Shown here one piece after another: positions 15,460-27,671 of a stretch of DNA of 32,000 nucleotides. Each line of letters starts with the position of its first letter. Position 1 is the first letter of the stretch. The DNA is taken from positions 1,020,001 to 1,052,000 of the forward strand of contig NC_010655.1 of NCBI RefSeq assembly GCF_000020225.1, written 5' to 3'. Below the pieces are notes generated by a model. The model made no database searches. It saw nothing but the letters and a program-made list of their open reading frames with translations, and was not told where the DNA came from. Position numbers and translations under genes: made by a program. This DNA comes from Akkermansia muciniphila ATCC BAA-835. GTDB taxonomy: Bacteria; Verrucomicrobiota; Verrucomicrobiia; Verrucomicrobiales; Akkermansiaceae.

Positions 15460-15494
15460 TCCTCCGACATTGCGAGATGCCGGAGGATTTTTTT
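15460..15494 (+). terminator. Rho-independent terminator
   Basis: TCCTCCG (15460-15466) pairs with CGGAGGA (15481-15487) and is followed by T7. Confidence 0.7.
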
Positions 15495-15604
15495 ATGGCA
15501 GGGCCGTCTGAAAAAGCCTCCGGGGGGGGACGCAGGAACCTGCGGTATGCCTGGCTGAATGGGGGAGGACGGTGTCCGGAGTTTGCCGGAACATTTGAAG
15601 GAGG

Positions 15605-15646
15605 CTGAAAACAGGCAGGCCGCCTCCGTTTCCGGTGCGGCCTGCC
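15605..15646 (-). terminator. Candidate terminator downstream of the M42 peptidase gene
   Basis: GGCAGGCCGC (15614-15623) pairs with GCGGCCTGCC (15637-15646). On the minus strand it is followed by TGTTTTCAG, a weak T-tract. Confidence 0.4.
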
Positions 15647-15675
15647 GGGTAGTGATGAATGAATGGCCAGACCTG

Positions 15676-16824
15676 TTATTTGGCCTTTTTCTTCTTGGCA
15701 GCGGCTTTGGCGGGCTTGGCTGCCGTTTTTGCGGCCTTGGCGGGTTTTTCCGCCGGGCATTCGTTGACGGAGTTCCAGGACCAGTCCCATTTGTCCACGT
15801 TCATGGCGCAGGCGGTCAGAAGCGCTACGGAAGCGTCCAGGTCGTCTTTGTGAGCCATTTCAATAACCTGGTGCACATTGCGGGTGGGAACGGAAATGGC
15901 CCCGGCAATGGAACCGCCCGGAACGAATTTCTGCATGGCTCCGGCATCCGTGCCTCCCGCCGGCAGCATTTCCGTCTGCCATTTAATTTTGTTGGCGTCT
16001 GCCATGGCCTTCATGAACTTGACCATGCGGCGGTCTGCAATGACGGAACCGTCATACAGCTTGATGGCGGCGCCTGCGCCCAGGTGGGAAACCTGGTCGT
16101 GCGCCGGAGTTCCGGGAATGTCACAGGCGATGGTGACATCCAGGGCAATGGAGAAATCCGGTTGGATGTCCAGCGTGCCGGCCTGCGCGCCCCTCAGGCC
16201 CACTTCCTCCTGAACGGTAAAGGCGGCCACGAAGTTGCAGGAGGGTTTCTTCCTGGAAGCCTTGATGGCGCGGAGGGCTTCAATCAGCACGTAGCATCCG
16301 GCGCGGTTGTCCAGAGATTTGACGTTCACGCAATCCCCCATTTCCACCAAATCCCGTTCACGGGTAACGGAGTCGCCTACGGAAACGTATTTTTCCACTT
16401 CCTCCTTGCTCATGCCCAGGTCAATGAAGAAGTCGGTCACTTCCGGCAGCTTGGTACGTTCCGCCGGGGACATGACGTGGATGGGTTTCACGCCCATGAC
16501 GCCGATGAGGTCTTTTTTACCGTGGACGATGACGCGCTGGGCCGTCAGCGTCTTGGCGTCAAAGCCGCCCAGTGGCAGGAATTTGATGAACCCCTTGTCG
16601 TCGATGTGACGGACCATGAACCCGATTTCATCCATGTGGGCGGCGGCCATCATGGTTTTTTCCGTGTTTTTGCCTTCCACGATGGCAATCACGCTGCCCA
16701 TGTTGTCCACGCGCACGGCGTCCACCAGCGGGGCCACTTCCTGGATGATGAAATCGCGGATTTTGTCTTCAAACCCCGGAGCGCCCGGAGTCACGCAAAC
16801 CTGACGAAGCAGTTCCAAATTCAT
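15676..16824 (-). CDS. M42-family metallopeptidase (FrvX / glutamyl-aminopeptidase-like) with a Lys/Ala-rich C-terminal tail
   Basis: MNLELLRQVCVTPGAPGFEDKIRDFI.., HMDEIGF, SLDNRAGC, QEEVGLRGA and the PTRNVH-type C-terminal motif. The last ~25 aa are AEKPAKAAKTAAKPAKAAAKKKKAK. Confidence 0.85.
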   Translation of the reverse strand: MNLELLRQVCVTPGAPGFEDKIRDFIIQEVAPLVDAVRVDNMGSVIAIVEGKNTEKTMMAAAHMDEIGFMVRHIDDKGFIKFLPLGGFDAKTLTAQRVIVHGKKDLIGVMGVKPIHVMSPAERTKLPEVTDFFIDLGMSKEEVEKYVSVGDSVTRERDLVEMGDCVNVKSLDNRAGCYVLIEALRAIKASRKKPSCNFVAAFTVQEEVGLRGAQAGTLDIQPDFSIALDVTIACDIPGTPAHDQVSHLGAGAAIKLYDGSVIADRRMVKFMKAMADANKIKWQTEMLPAGGTDAGAMQKFVPGGSIAGAISVPTRNVHQVIEMAHKDDLDASVALLTACAMNVDKWDWSWNSVNECPAEKPAKAAKTAAKPAKAAAKKKKAK

Positions 16825-16914
16825 AATGCCGCCAATGTAATGGTTTTCATGAAGGTTGGCTAGCCCATAATGCGGCCTCCGGAAGGAGGCTCCGCAGGAA
16901 CCCGTCTGCCGTGC

Positions 16915-21038
<4,124 letters not shown>

Positions 21039-21075
21039 GCAATCACTTTCCCGTCTGCGGCGGAACAAGTAAAGA

Positions 21076-21110
21076 GGAAAAAATATGCCGGTCCCGTATG
21101 GAACCGGCAT
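21076..21110 (-). terminator. Rho-independent terminator downstream of mscL
   Basis: ATGCCGGT (21085-21092) pairs with ACCGGCAT (21103-21110). On the minus strand it is followed by ATTTTTTCC. Confidence 0.65.
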
Positions 21111-21127
21111 GAACCGTTCAAAAGGGC

Positions 21128-21541
21128 TTATTTGGCGTCCGCCTGTTTTTGCAGGATGTCCCGGATCTGTTCCAGGAGGACGACGTCATCCGGCTTGGGA
21201 GCAGGGGCGGCCGGAGCTTCTTCGCTCTTGCGCCTCAGGGCTCCGATCAGCTTGATGGCTACAAAGACGGAGAAGGCGATGATGAGGAAGTCAATGGTCG
21301 CCTGAAGCAATTCCCCGTATTTTAATTCCACATCGCCCAGCTTCAGCACCAGGTATGCCAGGTTGACCCCGGAAGTAAGGTAGCCGATGATGGGGGTGAT
21401 GATGCTGGAAACGAAGACGGAGACGATTTTGTTGAATGCGCCGCCGATGACGACGGCCACCGCCAGGTCAATAACGTTCCCTTTAAGGGCGAATGCCTTG
21501 AATTCTTCCAGAAAGCCTTTGAGGTTGAAAAAATGAGCCAT
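21128..21541 (-). CDS. mscL: Large-conductance mechanosensitive channel
   Basis: FKAFALKGNVIDLAVAVVIGGAFNKIV signature. 137 aa with two TM helices. Confidence 0.9.
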   Translation of the reverse strand: MAHFFNLKGFLEEFKAFALKGNVIDLAVAVVIGGAFNKIVSVFVSSIITPIIGYLTSGVNLAYLVLKLGDVELKYGELLQATIDFLIIAFSVFVAIKLIGALRRKSEEAPAAPAPKPDDVVLLEQIRDILQKQADAK

Positions 21542-21729
21542 AGTGGATTATTGCTGGTTGCGGTGGTTATTCTGCCGTTAAAATGATAAAAGAAAAGAAA
21601 AATGAATGGGCGGCGGACAAAGATGTGACTGTCTTCCGGGGTAAAATGCGGCAATCATGACGTGGTTCCCAAAAAAATCATTTACAGACGGGGCCAGAAG
21701 AGCAAACTACGCCCATATTACCTTAACTT

Positions 21730-22986
21730 ATGAACACAGAAGAAAAGCTCAACCAGTACGTACTCCATTCCTATGGCCGTTATCCCATGGCTGCCGTCCG
21801 CGGAGAAGGCTCCCGACTGTGGGACAGCACGGGGAAGTGCTATCTGGACTTCTGTGCCGGCATTGCGACCTGCGTGCTCGGGCACTGCCATCCTGCGGTG
21901 ACGCAGGCCCTGCAAAAGCAGGCCGCCACCTTGGTGCACTGCTCCAACCTGTACCAGATCCCCCAGCAGGCGGATCTGGCGGAATTCATTGTGACCAAAT
22001 GCGTGGAGCGCCCGGGAAAAGTCTTTTTCTCCAACAGCGGTGCGGAGTCCAATGACGGTTTAATCAAAGTAGCGCGCCGTTACGGGCACCGCAAGCCCCA
22101 GCCGGACGGCAAGCCCCGTTATGAGGTGCTTACGTTCAACAAATCCTTCCACGGGAGGACGCTGGGCAGCATGTCCGCCACGGGGCAGGATAAAATCAAA
22201 ATCGGCTTTGACCCCATGCTGCCGGGATTCCGCCATTTGCCTTTCAACGATCTGGAAACGGCCCGCGAAGCCATCAGGCCGGAAACGGTGGCCTTCATGC
22301 TGGAAACCGTCCAGGGAGAAGGAGGGGTCAACTGCGTGACTCCGGAATTTCTGCGGGGCCTGGCGCAGTTATGCAGGGAGCACGATCTTCTTCTGCTGAT
22401 GGATGAAGTGCAGTGCGGCTTTGGCCGTTGCGGCGACATCATGGGATGGCGCGCCGTAGCTCCGGATGTGGAACCGGACGGCATTTCCTGGGCCAAGGCT
22501 CTGGGCGGCGGTTTCCCCATCGGCGGCTTCTGGATTTCCGACCGCGCCATTGACGGCCAGGGTACGGAGCTTTCCTCCATCATGGATCCCGGCTCCCATG
22601 GCTCCACGTATGGAGGCAACCCGCTCGGCACTGCGGTAGGCCTGGCCGTGCTGCGGGAAGTTGTTTCCCAGGGGCTCCCGGAGCGGGCGCGGCGCCTGGG
22701 CGCGGAAATTCGCAGGGAAATAGAATCCTGGAACCTGCCTGTTGTTCAGGGCGTGCGTGGCCTGGGCCTGTTGCTGGGCATTGGCCTGAACCCGGAAATG
22801 GTGGCCGCGCCGGAGGGCAAGACGATCGCCTCCGTAGTGGTGGAGGCCCTGCGGCAGGAAGGGTTGCTTTCCGTTCCCGCCGGGCCGGAAACCGTCCGTC
22901 TGCTGCCGCCGCTGAATGTCAGTGAAGAGGAAATCCAGCAGGCTCTGGCCATCATCAGGCGCGTGCTTAAAACGTACGCCAAATAG
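21730..22986 (+). CDS. argD: Class-III PLP aminotransferase, acetylornithine aminotransferase-like
   Basis: YGRYPMAAVRGEGSRLWDSTGKCYLDF, NSGAESNDG, DEVQCGFGRCG and the Lys region WAKALGGGFPIGG. Confidence 0.75.
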   Translation: MNTEEKLNQYVLHSYGRYPMAAVRGEGSRLWDSTGKCYLDFCAGIATCVLGHCHPAVTQALQKQAATLVHCSNLYQIPQQADLAEFIVTKCVERPGKVFFSNSGAESNDGLIKVARRYGHRKPQPDGKPRYEVLTFNKSFHGRTLGSMSATGQDKIKIGFDPMLPGFRHLPFNDLETAREAIRPETVAFMLETVQGEGGVNCVTPEFLRGLAQLCREHDLLLLMDEVQCGFGRCGDIMGWRAVAPDVEPDGISWAKALGGGFPIGGFWISDRAIDGQGTELSSIMDPGSHGSTYGGNPLGTAVGLAVLREVVSQGLPERARRLGAEIRREIESWNLPVVQGVRGLGLLLGIGLNPEMVAAPEGKTIASVVVEALRQEGLLSVPAGPETVRLLPPLNVSEEEIQQALAIIRRVLKTYAK

Positions 22987-23013
22987 AATACAGCCCTTAT
23001 TTGCTTTATTGTT

Positions 23014-23472
23014 ATGAAGGAAGAAGCCATTAAAGCCCCCGGCAGCACGATAAAGCAATATTCCATCATGCTCCAGAACCGGGTGGGGGCCCTGACCGCC
23101 CTCCTCGGCCTGCTGGACATGCACGGCATTTTCTGTCTGGGATTCAGCATGCAGGACTGCCATGAGGCGACTATTGCGCGCCTGATTGTCAGCGATCCGG
23201 AAAGGACGTCGGAAATTTTTCTGGAGAAAGGTATTTGCTATACGGAGTCCGGGGTGCTGGTGGCGGTGCTCCGCCATGGCCCCGCAGACCTCAAAAAATG
23301 CCTGGATGCGCTGTATGCCGCGGAAATGAACGTCAACTTTCTCTATCCCCTGCTGCCTTGCGTGGGGCGGGGGTCTCTGGTGGCTCTTCACGTGGAGGAT
23401 CTCAACTTCGGGCGCACCGTGCTGAATTCCAGCGGCATCAAAGTCCTGTTCCAGCAGGACCTCAGCCGGTAG
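23014..23472 (+). CDS. Small ACT-domain-like (ligand-binding) protein
   Basis: Two beta-alpha-beta-beta-alpha-beta-like repeats (YSIMLQNRVGALTALLGLL.. and VLVAVLRHGPADLKKCLDAL..). The functional call is weak. Confidence 0.5.
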   Translation: MKEEAIKAPGSTIKQYSIMLQNRVGALTALLGLLDMHGIFCLGFSMQDCHEATIARLIVSDPERTSEIFLEKGICYTESGVLVAVLRHGPADLKKCLDALYAAEMNVNFLYPLLPCVGRGSLVALHVEDLNFGRTVLNSSGIKVLFQQDLSR

Positions 23473-23558
23473 GAACAGCCGTTTTCCCCTTCTTCCCCGC
23501 TGCCCTGTTCAGGAGCGTTTTCTCCAAGCGCCTCAAGGGGTTGCCCGATTTTTTCGCC

Positions 23559-23586
23559 TTGACGGGAGGGGAAAACATGGTATGGT
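23559..23586 (+). promoter_or_regulatory. Candidate promoter TTGACG-16-TATGGT, with the -10 ending 9 nt before the efp ATG
   Basis: Hexamers read directly from the sequence. There is no SD-like sequence between the -10 and the ATG. Confidence 0.3.
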
Positions 23587-23595
23587 ACGGGCCGC

Positions 23596-24162
23596 ATGGC
23601 AAAAGTACCCGTAATCAATCTTCGCAAGGGACACGCGGTCAATTACAACAATGACGTTTGCGTTGTAGTCAGCATGGAGCACAAGTGCCCCCCCCGCATG
23701 GCTTCCTATGTGCAAATGAGCATCCGCAGCATTTCCACTAAAAAGGTGTATAACCTTCGCCTGACTTCCAATGAATCCCTGGAAGGCGTCAACCTCGCCC
23801 GTGAGGAATATGAGTTCAGCTACATTGACGGCATGGGTTATCACTTCATGAATCCGGATACATACGAAGACATCACCGTGTCTCCGGAAATCGTGGAACC
23901 CGTCAAGGATTATCTGATGGAAGGCAATATCTACATCCTGCTTTTCACGGATGAAACGGTCGTTTCCGTAGAACTCCCCGCCGCCATCACCATGGAAGTG
24001 GCGGAAGCTCCTGAAGGCGTCAAGGGCGACAGCGCGAACAATGTTTACAAATCCGCCACGATGACCACCGGACTGGTGGTGCAGGTGCCCCTTTTCATCA
24101 AGCCCGGTGAAAAGATTTCCGTAAAAACGGAAGACGGTTCCTATCTGGGCCGCGTAAACTGA
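23596..24162 (+). CDS. efp: Translation elongation factor P (Arg-tipped loop variant)
   Basis: 188 aa with three-domain EF-P layout: ..GMGYHFMNPDTYEDI.., ..EAPEGVKGDSANNVYKSATMTTGLVVQVPLFIKPGEKI..GSYLGRV. The loop is EHKCPPRMASYV where E. coli has EFVKPGKGQAFA. Confidence 0.9.
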   Translation: MAKVPVINLRKGHAVNYNNDVCVVVSMEHKCPPRMASYVQMSIRSISTKKVYNLRLTSNESLEGVNLAREEYEFSYIDGMGYHFMNPDTYEDITVSPEIVEPVKDYLMEGNIYILLFTDETVVSVELPAAITMEVAEAPEGVKGDSANNVYKSATMTTGLVVQVPLFIKPGEKISVKTEDGSYLGRVN

Positions 24163-24188
24163 GTTGCCCCTCTTTCTGTTCTTTGAAG

Positions 24189-24222
24189 AGCCCCGTCCGG
24201 TTTGTCCGGATGGGGCTTTTTT
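24189..24222 (+). terminator. Rho-independent terminator after efp
   Basis: 12-bp stem AGCCCCGTCCGG / CCGGATGGGGCT (one G-U pair), loop TTTGT, then a T6 tail. Confidence 0.7.
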
Positions 24223-24267
24223 CATGCCGCAATCCCTGCCCTTTTTCCTGTTTCCGGAAGAGGGCGG

Positions 24268-25209
24268 TTACTTTTCCGCGCGGTATGGAATGGTTCCTTT
24301 ATGGGGGGAATCCTTTTTCTGGTAAATGCGAACGTAGTCTATTTCGTATTTCTGGGGCAGCGGCAGTTTGTCCAGATCTCCGCCGGTGGCGCCCAGAGCC
24401 AGGTTCAGGATGATGAAGTGAGGCTGCCGGAAGGGATTGGCGACTTCCTTGTAAGAGGCGTTGACGGTATTATCCAGGGGAGTCCGGTTCAGCAGAATAT
24501 CGTCCGCATACAGGCGCACTTCCTTTTCATCCCAGTCCATACGGAAGACATGGAAGCTGTCCGCCCAGTCCGCGTGTTTTTCCTGGAGCCATTTGAGCGG
24601 CGTGTAAGTGGTGCTCCATTTGCCCACGTGTTTTTTGGGGGAACCCCAGCAGAGATTGGCCAGATAGGTGGACTGGTAGTACTCCATGATGTCTATTTCC
24701 CCGCACATGGGCCACTTTTCCTTGACGCCCAAGGTCCAGAAAGCAGGCCACATGCCTTCCCGCGGGCTGAATCTGGCCCGGATTTCAAATCGCCCGTACA
24801 GCCAGGAAAATTTGCTGCGCGTCGTCAGGGAGGCAGAGGTGTATTCCGCCTCTTTCCGTGTCGTCTGCCAGTTTTTTCCCTCCGGATCGTAATGGGGGTT
24901 GGCATGTTTTTCCTTCCTGCCTTCAATAATCAGCATGCCGTCTTTGCAATAGGCGTTTTCCGGCTGGTACCATTGCGCTTCCTTATTGCGGACGAAACCG
25001 TGTTCGTAATTCCATTTGGCAGGATCCGGACGGCCGTCTTTGTCGAATTCGTCGTGCCAGACGAGTTCATAATCGGAATAATCCGCTTTTTCCACGACTC
25101 TCTCCGTTTTTTTGACGCCGTCACCATGGAGGGTGTAAAGCTGGGCGTGGAGGGGGGTGGACAACAAGGCCGCGCTGGCCAGGATGTTGAATAGAGGAGG
25201 AATGTTCAT
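24268..25209 (-). CDS. Secreted GH16 glycoside hydrolase (beta-glucanase/laminarinase-like)
   Basis: Signal peptide followed by GMWPAFWTLG and the catalytic GEIDIMEY motif (ExDxxE). Confidence 0.85.
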   Translation of the reverse strand: MNIPPLFNILASAALLSTPLHAQLYTLHGDGVKKTERVVEKADYSDYELVWHDEFDKDGRPDPAKWNYEHGFVRNKEAQWYQPENAYCKDGMLIIEGRKEKHANPHYDPEGKNWQTTRKEAEYTSASLTTRSKFSWLYGRFEIRARFSPREGMWPAFWTLGVKEKWPMCGEIDIMEYYQSTYLANLCWGSPKKHVGKWSTTYTPLKWLQEKHADWADSFHVFRMDWDEKEVRLYADDILLNRTPLDNTVNASYKEVANPFRQPHFIILNLALGATGGDLDKLPLPQKYEIDYVRIYQKKDSPHKGTIPYRAEK

Positions 25210-25352
25210 GGAGGAAAGTAAAGGTGTTTGTTACTGGTACGGGGCCGCGGGCGTTTTTTTGTCATTTTTTATCAGAGGGGGCTGAAGCCGCGAAAGCGGC
25301 TTGAGGAACGGAATAAATGTGTTAGGTTCGGCTAACAGTATGGGGTCCTGTC

Positions 25353-25384
25353 TGGACCCGGAACATCAAACATTCCGTTTTAAT
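25353..25384 (+). promoter_or_regulatory. Candidate long-spacer (MerR/CueR-style) copA promoter with an internal dyad
   Basis: TGGACC (25353-58), 20-nt spacer, then TTTAAT (25379-84). The spacer contains the dyad CGGAA-N9-TTCCG (25359-25377). The GGGTCC-TGTCT-GGACCC inverted repeat (25343-25359) overlaps the -35. Confidence 0.3.
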
Positions 25385-27641
25385 GACAATGGAAGAAAAG
25401 AACTATCTTGTTTCCGGTATGCATTGCGCCGGGTGTGCCGCCAAGGTGGAGCGCGCCGTGGAAGGATTGGAGGGGGTGGAGCGCGTAGAGCTGAATTTGC
25501 TGACGGGGAAGATGACCGTCTTGTTTGAAAAACCTGATTCCCCCGCCATGGAGCGGATAGCTCCGGTGGTGGAGAAAGCCGGCTTCCGCCTGGCGGACTG
25601 GAAGGAGGAGCCGCTTGCCGGAACGGAGAGGGAGGAAAGGCTGGAACAGGAGGAAACGGGCGGTTCCCGCCTCGTTTGGTCCATTCTGCTGCTGGTTCCT
25701 TTGATGTATTTGTCCATGGGCCCCATGTGGCACTGGCCCGTTCCGGAAGGGAGTTGGGGCCTCTGGATGAATTGGTGGACACAAGGCATTCTGGCGGGCG
25801 CCGTCCTGTGGCTGAACCGGCATTATTTGATAAACGGCGTGCGGCAGCTTGTGGCGCTGTCTCCCAATATGGATTCCCTGATCGCCATCGGTTCCGGCTC
25901 CGCTTTTCTGTATGGGCTGTATTTGCTGGTTGCGGGGATGTGGCAGGGTTTCAGTGTGGAGGGAATGGAGCTGTATTTTGAATCTGCGGCCATGATCGTC
26001 ACCCTGATTTCCCTGGGGAAATACCTTGAACGCCGCTCTTATCGGAAAACGAATGCCGCCGTAAAAGGGCTGGTGAAGCTGGTTCCCCAGGAGGCGCTGG
26101 TATGGCATGACGGCGCGGAGCGCGCCGTTCCGCTGGATGAAATTCGTTCCGGGGATCTGGTAGTGGTGAAAACCGGGCAGCGGATTCCGGTGGACGGCAT
26201 GATTGAAGAGGGGCAGGCGGCTCTGGATGAATCGGACCTGACGGGGGAAAGCATGCCGGTGGACAGGGCGGCGGGGGACCGGGTGATCAGCGGAACATTC
26301 AACCGGGCCGGGTATCTCAAAATCCGCGCGGAACGCGTGGGCGGGGATTCCACGCTGGCCCGCATGATCCGCCTGGTGGAACAGGCCAGCCAGTCCAAGG
26401 CGCCCATTGCGCGGCTGGCGGACCGGGTATGCTATTTCTTTGTCCCTGCGGTCATTGCCGTTGCCCTGGTATCGCTGGTTGGGTGGATGGCTGCCGGGGA
26501 GGGGTTTTCCTTCGCCCTCGCTAGGGCAATTGCGGTGCTGGTGATTTCCTGCCCCTGTGTCCTGGGGCTCGCTACGCCTATCGCCATTATGGTGGGGACG
26601 GGCAGGGGCGCGCGGCTGGGCATCCTGTGCAAGTCCGCCGGAGCTCTGGAAGCCCTGAGCCGCGTGGATACCGTCGTTTTTGACAAGACGGGCACCCTGA
26701 CGGAAGGGGAGCCGCGGGTAGTGGCCGTGCTGCCGGAGGAAGGCATGGATGCGGACGCGCTGGTGGAAATGGCGGCAGCTTTGGAACAGGGTTCGGAACA
26801 TCCTGTGGGAAAGGCTGTTTATGAACACGCCAGGCTTCTGAATTTGCCTGTCCGCGCCGTGGCGGATTTATCCGTGGTTCCTGGCCGCGGCATTGCCGGA
26901 ACGGTGGATGGGGTGCCTTATGCGGTGGGCAATTCCGGATTCATGCAGGATAAGGGAATTTCCTGGAAGGAGGATGAAAGCCGCCTGCGGGAGTTCATGC
27001 GGCAGGGCGCGTCCCCGCTGTATGTGGGCAGGGGCGGATGCCCTGCCGGCGTCATCATGGTGGCGGATTCCCTGAAACCGGACAGCCGTGCGGCGGTGGA
27101 CAGTTTGAAGCGGATGAACCTGCGCGTCGTCATGCTGACGGGGGACAACGCCGCCACGGCGCGGCACATGGCCGGAGAACTCCACATTGACGAGGTGGTC
27201 TCCGACGTGCTTCCGGATGAAAAGGCCTCCCATGTGATGAAGATGGAGGAACGCGGGGACAAGGTGGCGATGGTAGGGGACGGCGTGAACGACGCCCCGG
27301 CTCTGGCCTGCGCCCGGGTGGGCATTTCCATGAAGTCCGGAACGGAGCTGGCGATGGAATCCTCCGACATCGTGCTGATGAAAAGCAACCCCGCAGGCGT
27401 GGCGGAAGCTGTCCAGCTGGGCCGCACCACGCTGCTCATCATCAGGCAGAATCTTTTCTGGGCTTTCTTTTACAACATCATCGGCATTCCGTTGGCCGCC
27501 GGGTGTTTATATCCCGCCTTCGGCCTTACGCTGAATCCCATGATTGCCGCCGGGGCGATGAGTTTGAGTTCCCTGTGCGTCGTATTCAATTCCCTGAGGC
27601 TGCGGGGGTTCACCCCACGCCTGGGGGGCCTGGGGAAATAG
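25383..27641 (+). CDS. copA: Copper-translocating P1B-type ATPase
   Basis: N-terminal HMA domain GMHCAGC, TGES, CPC (SCPCVLGLATP), DKTGTLT, HP motif SEHPVGKA and GDGVNDAP. The start could be the second ATG at 25389. Confidence 0.9.
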   Translation: MTMEEKNYLVSGMHCAGCAAKVERAVEGLEGVERVELNLLTGKMTVLFEKPDSPAMERIAPVVEKAGFRLADWKEEPLAGTEREERLEQEETGGSRLVWSILLLVPLMYLSMGPMWHWPVPEGSWGLWMNWWTQGILAGAVLWLNRHYLINGVRQLVALSPNMDSLIAIGSGSAFLYGLYLLVAGMWQGFSVEGMELYFESAAMIVTLISLGKYLERRSYRKTNAAVKGLVKLVPQEALVWHDGAERAVPLDEIRSGDLVVVKTGQRIPVDGMIEEGQAALDESDLTGESMPVDRAAGDRVISGTFNRAGYLKIRAERVGGDSTLARMIRLVEQASQSKAPIARLADRVCYFFVPAVIAVALVSLVGWMAAGEGFSFALARAIAVLVISCPCVLGLATPIAIMVGTGRGARLGILCKSAGALEALSRVDTVVFDKTGTLTEGEPRVVAVLPEEGMDADALVEMAAALEQGSEHPVGKAVYEHARLLNLPVRAVADLSVVPGRGIAGTVDGVPYAVGNSGFMQDKGISWKEDESRLREFMRQGASPLYVGRGGCPAGVIMVADSLKPDSRAAVDSLKRMNLRVVMLTGDNAATARHMAGELHIDEVVSDVLPDEKASHVMKMEERGDKVAMVGDGVNDAPALACARVGISMKSGTELAMESSDIVLMKSNPAGVAEAVQLGRTTLLIIRQNLFWAFFYNIIGIPLAAGCLYPAFGLTLNPMIAAGAMSLSSLCVVFNSLRLRGFTPRLGGLGK

Positions 27642-27671
27642 GGCGGCCTCTCCCCCACCGGCATTTCCCGT

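Noticed and set aside
16872-16895. GC-rich hairpin (GCCTCC-GGAA-GGAGGC) between the GH20 stop and the M42 start
   Set aside because: There is no T-tract on the minus strand, so it is not a convincing intrinsic terminator. The two genes may simply be co-transcribed. The evidence is too weak to call a feature.
21657-22055. 132-aa plus-strand ORF overlapping the start of argD in another frame
   Set aside because: It is Arg/Pro/Gly-rich and out of frame with a well-supported aminotransferase start (MNTEEKLNQYVLHSYGRYP). It has no motif support.
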